A DNA stretch of 64,000 nucleotides from a bacterium. GTDB lineage: Bacteria; Margulisbacteria; WOR-1; O2-12-FULL-45-9; XYB2-FULL-48-7. Position 1 is the stretch's first letter; each line of letters starts with the position of its first letter. A program made the position numbers and the translations under genes. Shown piece after piece: positions 56,848 through 64,000 of the stretch. The DNA lies in assembly GCA_043812655.1 (NCBI GenBank), contig JBDRLW010000044.1, forward strand, positions 32,001 through 96,000, given 5' to 3'. The notes under the pieces were generated by a model that was not told the origin of the DNA, ran no database searches, and was given only the letters and a program-made list of their open reading frames with translations.

Positions 56848-57797
56848 TAAAATATCATATTAAACAAATAGCCGATAATGATGATCCCGGCGGCTACCGT
56901 TCCAAAATAAGTCAAAAGCAGCCGCGGCTTTAACACTTTGCGCAAGATTATAAATTCCGGCAAGGAAAGAGCAGTTACCGCCATCATGAAAGCGAGCGTC
57001 GTCCCCAAGGCCAGCCCCTTGCTGAACAAAGCTTGCACGACCGGGATCGTACCGGCGGCATTGGAATAAAGCGGCACGCCGATAATGACCGCCATGATCA
57101 CGGCGAACGGATTGCCGTTCCCCGCGTATTTAGTGACAAATTCAACCGGGACATAACCGTGGATAAAAGCGCCTAGTCCTACGCCAAGCAGAACATAAAA
57201 CCAGACCTGCGAGAATATTTCCCGCACGTATTCAACCGCGTAAGATAACCGGTCGTTCCAGTTGAGTTCTTGTTCGTTGGCCGCCGGTGCCGCCTTAACC
57301 TTAAAAACAAATTCTTCAACATACTTTTCCATTTTTAGCCGGCCGATAATAAAACCGCTGACGATCGCGATCAACATGCCGCTCAAAATATAAATAACGG
57401 CCACTTGCCAGCCAAACAATCCCCAGAGCAGGACGAGCGCGACCTCATTAATGGTCGGGGAAGAGACAAGAAAAGACATGGTTACGCCCAGCGGGACGCC
57501 CGACTCGAGCATTCCGATAAAGAGCGGGATAGCGGAGCAGGTGCAAAAAGGAGTAAATATCCCTAAAACTGCCGCCAGCACATTGCCGGTAAACTCATTT
57601 TTATGGCTTAACATCTTCCTGATCCGCTCCGGCGGCAAGTAGGTACGGATGAGAGCGACAAAAAAGACGATGACTACCAGTAGAAAGTATATTTTTGGAA
57701 CATCGTACAAAAAGAAATTAAGGCTATCCGCCAGGTGGTCGCCCGGCGTCAGGCGAAGCAGCTTATAAGTTATTAAATCGGCAAACCATTTGAACAT
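56847..57797 (-). CDS. DUF318/ArsP-family permease
   Basis: TPFCTCSAIP, FLVSSP, GVPLY, ALSLPE. Confidence 0.88.
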   Translation of the reverse strand: MFKWFADLITYKLLRLTPGDHLADSLNFFLYDVPKIYFLLVVIVFFVALIRTYLPPERIRKMLSHKNEFTGNVLAAVLGIFTPFCTCSAIPLFIGMLESGVPLGVTMSFLVSSPTINEVALVLLWGLFGWQVAVIYILSGMLIAIVSGFIIGRLKMEKYVEEFVFKVKAAPAANEQELNWNDRLSYAVEYVREIFSQVWFYVLLGVGLGAFIHGYVPVEFVTKYAGNGNPFAVIMAVIIGVPLYSNAAGTIPVVQALFSKGLALGTTLAFMMAVTALSLPEFIILRKVLKPRLLLTYFGTVAAGIIIIGYLFNMIF

Positions 57798-57823
57798 ATC
57801 ATTTCAACCTCCGTTGAGATGAT
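57798..57823. promoter_or_regulatory. Putative ArsR operator
   Basis: ATCATTTCAAC-CTCC-GTTGAGATGAT overlapping the -10 (TATCAT) of a TTGACA-N17 promoter and the SD. Confidence 0.65.
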
Positions 57824-57894
57824 AACAAAGATGATTTGCCCTGTCAAACGACTTAATTGCAACTATTTATTTCTCTGCAAATACTAACACTACA

Positions 57895-58024
57895 GCCCTC
57901 ATCCGCCGGCGCTAAAAACTCCCCCTTCTCCCAAAGGGAGAAGGTAACACAGCTAGGTTAGACCTGCAAATTACCCTCTCCTCCTGGGAGAGGGGGAAAT
58001 GTTAAGCGCTGACCGGGTGAGGGC
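57895..58024. repeat. MITE/REP-like element, same family as 5956-6075
   Basis: GCCCTCATCCG...CGGGTGAGGGC ends; internal CCTTCTCCC-AAA-GGGAGAAGG and CCCTCTCC..GGAGAGGG. Confidence 0.72.
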
Positions 58025-58086
58025 GATAAAGATTTCACTTCCATAACTCTAAATAGTTACACTTAATTCCTAGACCGACCGTTTCA

Positions 58087-58398
58087 TCATGGCTTGAATT
58101 TGTAGCCGACGCCGCGCAAGGCCCTAATGTATTTGCCCGCTGACCTCATTTTGCTCCGCAGCCTCCTGATATGGACATCGACCGTCCGGGTTTTAAGCGG
58201 GACTGCCACGCCCCAAACCGCAGCCATAATTTTTTCGCGATTAAAGACATAGCCGGCGTTCCTGGCCAGGAAAACAAGGAGCTCATATTCCTTCCTGGCC
58301 AGTTTTAATTCTCTGCCGTTAATGACCGCCTCATACCGATCAAGGTCGATCTTTAGGTTATTGGCAATAATGACGTTAGACTGGTTTTTCTCCGCCAT
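58087..58398 (-). CDS. Stand-alone OmpR/PhoB-type winged-helix protein (no receiver domain)
   Basis: LARKEYELL, VFNRE..VWG, RTVDVHIRRLRSK, RGVGYKF. Confidence 0.85.
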   Translation of the reverse strand: MAEKNQSNVIIANNLKIDLDRYEAVINGRELKLARKEYELLVFLARNAGYVFNREKIMAAVWGVAVPLKTRTVDVHIRRLRSKMRSAGKYIRALRGVGYKFKP

Positions 58399-59047
58399 GT
58401 TTGACTACTTTTCCTTCGACCATATAGACGACATCTTCAGCAATGTTCGTCGCATGATCTGAGATCCGCTCCAAATGCCGTGAAACCAAAAGAAGTGGGA
58501 TTCCCCGTGAGATGGCCGTAGCGTCTTTACTCATGATCCCCAGTAATTCGTCGTGGACCAAATCGCGCAAGTGGTCAACTTCTTTTTCGATCTCCCAGAT
58601 CGCCCGGGCCTTCCTGACATCATCTTTAACAAAAGCCTCAAGTGAAAAGATAACCGCCTGCTGCGCCAGGGCGGCCATGCGAGGAATGTCGATCAACGGT
58701 TTTAATAACGGCTGTTCCGCTAGCTCGATCGCCCGCTCGGCGATGTCTTCGGCTAAATCCCCGATCCTTTCTAAGTCGGTCGCAATCCGCAATCCGGTCA
58801 TGATCGTCCGCAGGTCAACCGCTTTCGGTTGGCGAATGGCGATTAAATTAATACTCCGGTCATCAATTTCCAGCTCCATCTGGTCAACCAGCACATCATC
58901 TTTGATGACGCTTTTAGCTAGGTTCTTATCCCTTTCTTTTATCGCCCTGACCGACCGCTCGATCAGCCCTTGGACTAGATTCCCCATCTTTAAAATAGCT
59001 CTTTTTAATTCTGCCAGCTCCTGGTCAAACAGTATCTGATGTTCCAT
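58376..59047 (-). CDS. phoU: PhoU (copy 2)
   Basis: RQPKAVDLR, DLERIGD, HLERISDHATNIAE. Confidence 0.93.
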   Translation of the reverse strand: MEHQILFDQELAELKRAILKMGNLVQGLIERSVRAIKERDKNLAKSVIKDDVLVDQMELEIDDRSINLIAIRQPKAVDLRTIMTGLRIATDLERIGDLAEDIAERAIELAEQPLLKPLIDIPRMAALAQQAVIFSLEAFVKDDVRKARAIWEIEKEVDHLRDLVHDELLGIMSKDATAISRGIPLLLVSRHLERISDHATNIAEDVVYMVEGKVVKHGGEKPV

Positions 59048-59048
59048 A

Positions 59049-59807
59049 TTAACCAAACCTCCCTGTAACATAACCTTCGGTCCGTTTATCGGCCGGCGCG
59101 GTAAAGATCTTCGTCGTAACATCAAACTCGACCAGTTCGCCCAGCAAGAAAAAGCCGGTAAAATCAGCAACCCGCGCCGCTTGCTGCATATTGTGGGTGA
59201 CAATGACGATCGTGTAATTTTTCTTTAGCTCGTGGATCAACTCTTCGATCTTGCCGGTCGAGATCGGGTCAAGCGCCGAACACGGCTCATCAAGCAAAAT
59301 CACTTCCGGTTTGACCGCCAGCGTCCGGGCAATGCAAAGCCGCTGCTGCTGCCCGCCCGATAAACTGATCCCCGGTTTAGTCAAGCAATCTTTAACTTCT
59401 TCCCACAGCGCCGCTTGCTTCAAGCTTTTTTCAACTATTTCGTCTAATTGTCCCTTTATTTTTAAGCCGTTCAGCTTGATCCCGGCTACAACATTGTCAT
59501 AGATCGACATCGTCGGGAACGGCGTCGGCTTCTGGAAAACCATGCCGACCTGCCGCCGCACCAGAACCGGGTCAACCCCAGGGTCATAAATATTTTTATC
59601 ATCAAGCAGTACATCGCCAGCCGCGCTTGCTCCCGCTACCGTTTCATGCATCCTATTAAGGCAGCGGATAAAGGTCGATTTGCCGCAGCCCGACGGGCCG
59701 ATGATCGCCGTCGCCTGTTTTTCCTGGGCGTACATATTGATCGACTTTAGCGCCTGCTTCTCGTCAAACCAGGCGTTTAAATTTTTAACTTCGATTTTTT
59801 TACGCAT
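59049..59807 (-). CDS. pstB: Phosphate ABC ATPase (canonical motifs)
   Basis: [29 protein letters not shown]. Confidence 0.95.
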   Translation of the reverse strand: MRKKIEVKNLNAWFDEKQALKSINMYAQEKQATAIIGPSGCGKSTFIRCLNRMHETVAGASAAGDVLLDDKNIYDPGVDPVLVRRQVGMVFQKPTPFPTMSIYDNVVAGIKLNGLKIKGQLDEIVEKSLKQAALWEEVKDCLTKPGISLSGGQQQRLCIARTLAVKPEVILLDEPCSALDPISTGKIEELIHELKKNYTIVIVTHNMQQAARVADFTGFFLLGELVEFDVTTKIFTAPADKRTEGYVTGRFG

Positions 59808-60654
59808 AAACCACCCTCTTGGAATATTTTCTGACTATGATCGTCACTATCAGAACAAAGCCGACCAGCGCCAGCGACCCCGCCCAAGCCATCCGGTTCC
59901 AATCGTCAAATGGCGAGATCGCGTAATTATAAATTTGCACGGTCATCGACGCCATCGGCTGGTCAAGCCGCAAGTTCCAGTACATATTATTAAAGGCAGT
60001 AAAAAGTAGCGGGGCTGTTTCCCCTGCCGCCCGGGCCACCGCCAGCATGACACCGGTAAATATTCCGCTCCAGGCCGTCCGCAAAACAATAAAGATCATC
60101 ACTTTCCATTCTGGCACCCCCAGCGCCAAGGCTGATTCTTTAAGGGTCCGCGGCACCATTTTCACCATCTCTTCCGTCGTTTTCGTAATATAGGGGATCA
60201 TGACCAGCGATAGGGCAAAGCCGCCGGCCAGCGCCGAAAAGCGGTGCATCGGCAAAACAAACAAAATATAGGCGAACATCCCAAAGATGATCGTCGGAAA
60301 ACCGGACATGACATCAACGGTGTAGCGAATTAAGAAACCCCGCTTCCCTTTCCCCCATTCGGCCAGCCAGAGGCCGCCAAAGATCCCGATCGGCAAGCTA
60401 ATTAAGCTCGCCAAGCCAACAATCAGCGCCGTCCCAACCATGGCATTAGCCATCCCACCACCTGTTTCACCAACTGGCGCGGGCAGTTGCGTAAAAAAAT
60501 TCCAGTTGATCGCCGAAGCCCCGCGAAATAAAACATAAATTATTAAAAGCAATAAAGGCAAGACCGCCAGCGCCGCTGCCCAGCAGACAAAAGCGATAAA
60601 TATTTTTTCTTTCAGCTTTCTTATTGAATACGACTTTGGCTGGCCATTTTCCAT
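59800..60654 (-). CDS. pstA: PstA
   Basis: [22 protein letters not shown]. Confidence 0.93.
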   Translation of the reverse strand: MENGQPKSYSIRKLKEKIFIAFVCWAAALAVLPLLLLIIYVLFRGASAINWNFFTQLPAPVGETGGGMANAMVGTALIVGLASLISLPIGIFGGLWLAEWGKGKRGFLIRYTVDVMSGFPTIIFGMFAYILFVLPMHRFSALAGGFALSLVMIPYITKTTEEMVKMVPRTLKESALALGVPEWKVMIFIVLRTAWSGIFTGVMLAVARAAGETAPLLFTAFNNMYWNLRLDQPMASMTVQIYNYAISPFDDWNRMAWAGSLALVGFVLIVTIIVRKYSKRVVYA

Positions 60655-61472
60655 ACTAATATCCTCGCGAGACCATTGACTAAGACCGTAATAAATAACA
60701 GGATCAAACCGATCTCGACAATGACCGAAAAATTTAAGTCGGAAACCGCTTCGGCAAATTCATTGGCAATCACCGCCGACAGCGAATATCCTGGCGCCAT
60801 TAGGTTAAAGTTGATTTCCGGCCGGTTGCCAATGACCATCGTGACCGCCATCGTTTCGCCGATCGCCCGCCCTAAACCTAAAATGATCGAGCCGATGATC
60901 CCCGACATCGCGGGCGGCAGGACGGCTAATCGGATCGTCTCCCACCTGGTCGCGCCCAGAGCTTTGGCCGCTTCGCGCAAATTATTAGGCACGGCTTGCA
61001 AAACTTCCCGCGATACCGCCGTCACCGTCGGCAAGATCATGATCGCGAGCAGGACGCCGGCGGTCATCATGCTTAAGCCAAAGATCGGGCCCAAAACAAA
61101 AATCCCCCACAACCCATAGACAACTGAAGGGATCGCCGCCAGCATATCAACCATAGTAGCGATCCATTCCTTGTATTTTGAGTTAGAGATTTCCGCGAGG
61201 AAGATAGCGCACCCTAAACCAAGCGGCACCACAATTATTAAAGCTAAAAGCGAAGAAACAATCGTCCCGTAAATAAATGGCAGAGCACCATAATGGCCTT
61301 TAACCGGGTCCCAAGCGGAGCTAAAGATAAAACCAAGCCCAAACTCCGCCAAAGAGAGCCGCGACTGCCAGAGCAGCATCAAAAAAATGCCTAAAAAGAG
61401 CAAGGGGATGCTGGCGGCGAAGAGCCAAGTTATCGCCTTAAAAGCCGCATCCCCTCTATTACTCTTTATCAT
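60621..61472 (-). CDS. pstC: PstC
   Basis: LAAIPSVVYGLWG, GRAIGETMAV, IANEF. Confidence 0.93.
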   Translation of the reverse strand: MIKSNRGDAAFKAITWLFAASIPLLFLGIFLMLLWQSRLSLAEFGLGFIFSSAWDPVKGHYGALPFIYGTIVSSLLALIIVVPLGLGCAIFLAEISNSKYKEWIATMVDMLAAIPSVVYGLWGIFVLGPIFGLSMMTAGVLLAIMILPTVTAVSREVLQAVPNNLREAAKALGATRWETIRLAVLPPAMSGIIGSIILGLGRAIGETMAVTMVIGNRPEINFNLMAPGYSLSAVIANEFAEAVSDLNFSVIVEIGLILLFITVLVNGLARILVWKMASQSRIQ

Positions 61473-61475
61473 CCA

Positions 61476-62480
61476 TTAGTTTCCAATTGAAGCGATCGTT
61501 TTTAAAACCTTAGCCCGCAAGCCTGCCGGCAGCGGGGCGTAATACAGGTCTTGGGCGTATTTTTGCCCGGAGGTTAAGCACCACTCCAGCATATTTTTTA
61601 GCGCTTCAGCCTTCTCGCTATTAGCCGTATTTTTATGGACCAGGATCCAAGTTAACCCGCAGATCGGATAAGCCTTGGCTCCTTTTTGGTTGAGGAGTTC
61701 GGCCCGATAATCGGCCGGAATTTTTGACAGGCCACCAGCCATCGCCAAAGTCGTCCCATCGATCGAGGGAGAGATAAAGTTCCCCGAACGGTTCTTAATG
61801 CTGGCAGTCGGGAAATTATTGGTTTCCGCATAAGCTAGCTCAACATAACCGATCGCGCCAGAATTATTTTTGACCGCGCCGGCAACGCCGGGATTGCCTT
61901 TGCCGCCAACCCCAACGGGCCAGGCCACTGATTTACCAGCGCCAACTTTGGCCGCCCAAGTAGGGCTGACTTTCGCTAAATAATGGGTAAATATATCTGA
62001 TGTCCCGCTGCTGTCGGAGCGATAAGCGACCAAGATCTTTTTATCAGGCAGGGTCACTCCAGGATTAAGGGCCGCGATCTTATCATCATTCCACCGAGTG
62101 GTCTCACCCAAGTAGATAGAAGCTAATGTCGGGCCATCTAATTTTAAACCTTCGAACCCAGCGTTATAAACGACCGCCACCGCGCCAGCAACTGTCGGGA
62201 TATGGAGGACGTCCCCACCGGCATCGGCAATTTCTTTATCGCTCATCGGCGCGTCAGAAGCGCCAAAGTCGACAACTCCGGCCATAAATTGGCGGATCCC
62301 GCCGCCCGAACCGATCGGCGCGTAATTAACCTGGCTCCCTTTCTCCTTCTTATACTGCGCGAACCACTTCGAATAGATCGGGTATGGGAAAGTCGCCCCC
62401 GCCCCATTCAGGTCAACGGCTAAGGCCGCGCCAGCCAACAAAGCTAAACTTAACCCAAGAACTGTTATTTTCCTTAACAT
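61476..62480 (-). CDS. pstS: Phosphate-binding protein (E. coli-type PstS)
   Basis: GAGATFPYP, GSGGG, DFGASD, RSDSSGTS, YPI. Confidence 0.93.
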   Translation of the reverse strand: MLRKITVLGLSLALLAGAALAVDLNGAGATFPYPIYSKWFAQYKKEKGSQVNYAPIGSGGGIRQFMAGVVDFGASDAPMSDKEIADAGGDVLHIPTVAGAVAVVYNAGFEGLKLDGPTLASIYLGETTRWNDDKIAALNPGVTLPDKKILVAYRSDSSGTSDIFTHYLAKVSPTWAAKVGAGKSVAWPVGVGGKGNPGVAGAVKNNSGAIGYVELAYAETNNFPTASIKNRSGNFISPSIDGTTLAMAGGLSKIPADYRAELLNQKGAKAYPICGLTWILVHKNTANSEKAEALKNMLEWCLTSGQKYAQDLYYAPLPAGLRAKVLKTIASIGN

Positions 62481-62497
62481 ATTTTTGTTCCTCCTTA

Positions 62498-63775
62498 TTA
62501 GAATGAAATCTGGGAATGGAGATAGAAGATGCTTGTCGTGGCGCCGCTGCCGGTCTGTGAAGTCTGCATATCGGCCGCCAGTTTAACATCTTTGCCCCAA
62601 TCGTATGTCACGCCATAGAAAGTTTTATTCTTTTCATCATTGGCTCTGGATGTATTAGGATCATAGTTGTCCAGCCTGGCAAACACTTTGTAACGCTCAA
62701 GGCCAGCCATAACTGACGAAAGATTTAGGACGCCACCAAGGCTGTACCCATTGATTTTTTTGCTGCTCTTTGAGCCAGTGATGTATTCAAATTTGGCCGT
62801 CCCCAAATCGTGTCTGTAAATCAGCTCCAGCGCCGCTTGCTTATTAGAGCCGCCTAGATCAAACGATGTATTTAAACTTTCAACATTAAGCATGGCGCCA
62901 ACTATCACCTTACCATTCTCGCCAGCATCGTAAGCAACACTGTTTACCCGCATGGCCAGAGCTTTCTCGCTGTCGCTTTCATTGGTCGAGTAACCGCTGC
63001 CATTTAGAACGGTCGCGTGATATTCGACAGCTGGCAAGCCGGCCAGCGAAACCTTGCCGATCGCGCCAACACCAAAATCAGACGAGCTCATCACGCCCTC
63101 ATTATCGAGTAAACTTTTGGCGATCCAACGCAGGCCGAGCGCTTTGTCTGCCCAGTCGATCCAAACAGTATGCTGTAAACCGGCTTTTGCCGTCATCTCC
63201 CAAGGGACAACTTGCAGGCCGGAAACATTAAGGGGCATTTCCACATAAGCATATTTCAAATAATCAAATAAGGTTTGTTTGGCCGCGCCGTTGATCCGGG
63301 AAATGTCCAGCGTCACCCGGGAAGAAGCTCCCCAATCAAGCTTCTTCTTAATATCAATGTACGCCCGGTCAACATCAAAGTTGTTCGGGGTTGTCGCCGT
63401 ACCATTTTGGGTATACTTTTGCCAGCGGAAAAAGACTACCCCACCGATCTTGGCATCGCCGTTGTCTTTTTTAACCTTGTCAATTTGGCTCTTCAACTCG
63501 GTTAAAGCCTTATTCGTTTCATCTTTTAGGTCCGCGATCTTATCATTATCCTCTGAAGAACTGCCAGCAATTGTATTCAAACGCACCTTAGTTTGATCGA
63601 TCAATTGCTTTAACTTCAGGATCCTTTTACTATCCTGCGCTTTTTGGGCCGTAGCCAACTTATTTTTCAATTGACCAAGATAGGCTTCGACCTTTTTTTG
63701 TTCGGACATTTGAGCCATTACCAGCTGGGCCATCAGGGCAAGGAACAGGAACATTACCGTCGATCTTTTTACCAT
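62498..63775 (-). CDS. Putative phosphate-regulated outer-membrane porin with N-terminal coiled coil
   Basis: Signal peptide, coiled coil, FDVDRAY, LKYAY, terminal F; first gene of pst operon. Confidence 0.65.
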   Translation of the reverse strand: MVKRSTVMFLFLALMAQLVMAQMSEQKKVEAYLGQLKNKLATAQKAQDSKRILKLKQLIDQTKVRLNTIAGSSSEDNDKIADLKDETNKALTELKSQIDKVKKDNGDAKIGGVVFFRWQKYTQNGTATTPNNFDVDRAYIDIKKKLDWGASSRVTLDISRINGAAKQTLFDYLKYAYVEMPLNVSGLQVVPWEMTAKAGLQHTVWIDWADKALGLRWIAKSLLDNEGVMSSSDFGVGAIGKVSLAGLPAVEYHATVLNGSGYSTNESDSEKALAMRVNSVAYDAGENGKVIVGAMLNVESLNTSFDLGGSNKQAALELIYRHDLGTAKFEYITGSKSSKKINGYSLGGVLNLSSVMAGLERYKVFARLDNYDPNTSRANDEKNKTFYGVTYDWGKDVKLAADMQTSQTGSGATTSIFYLHSQISF

Positions 63776-63823
63776 TTTCGCACCTCCATAAATTTTCTAT
63801 CCAAGCATTATTATGCCGGAGGC

Positions 63824-63863
63824 GTGTTAAATGGTAATGAAGCGATTGTAAAATGAAGGTAAA
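63824..63863 (-). promoter_or_regulatory. Pho-box-like array of four 11-bp-spaced repeats
   Basis: Minus strand TTTACCT-N4-TTTACAA-N4-TTCATTA-N4-TTAACAC. Confidence 0.6.
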
Positions 63864-63865
63864 AT

Positions 63866-64000
63866 CTAAGGGCGGGGGAAGACCAGCGTGAACGTCGAGC
63901 CTTTGCCAACCTCGCTTTCGACCTCAACCTGGCCGCCGTGGAGGTTCATGACATGTTTGACGATCGCTAGGCCAAGCCCTGTTCCGCCTAGATCTCGGGA
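63866..64000 (-). CDS. C-terminus of sensor histidine kinase (probably PhoR), partial
   Basis: Manual translation [44 protein letters not shown]. Confidence 0.85.
   Translation of the reverse strand, partial: SRDLGGTGLGLAIVKHVMNLHGGQVEVESEVGKGSTFTLVFPRP

Noticed and set aside
59048..59203. Extended start of second phoU
   Set aside because: Overlaps pstB; PhoU similarity begins at ATG 59047.

Overview
Gene-dense chromosomal window from an anaerobic, probably diderm bacterium (Omp85 and porin-like genes). The style resembles uncultured Saganbacteria/Margulisbacteria-like lineages, but that placement is only an impression. Contents: clpC end, SPFH gene, leuS, a radical SAM pair, rplU-rpmA-proB, two MNT-HEPN toxin-antitoxin pairs, a glycan cluster (sugar-binding lipoprotein, glmS, GH161-like and GH94 phosphorylases, GH42-like hydrolase), tRNA-Gln with a GIY-YIG nuclease, ackA, apbE, pyrB, two distinct pst/phoU operons with Pho-box-like arrays, and a ~20 kb metal/Fe-S region (feoAB, a DUF134-NifB/NifX-MinD-type cluster containing a methanogenesis-marker-8-like gene, ZIP, nikMN-nikR, ArsR/ArsP/CcdA). 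The most unusual signals are: (1) degenerate 7-nt and 4-nt tandem arrays and REP-like palindromes inserted in frame in core genes, especially leuS, with the same palindrome family next to the GIY-YIG gene; (2) a recurrent TGAAATTT-N14-CGATAT promoter-like motif ahead of orphan genes and a candidate sRNA; (3) a complementarily degenerate PstB pair; (4) widespread leaderless-type gene starts. No CRISPR array, transposase, integrase or rRNA was seen.
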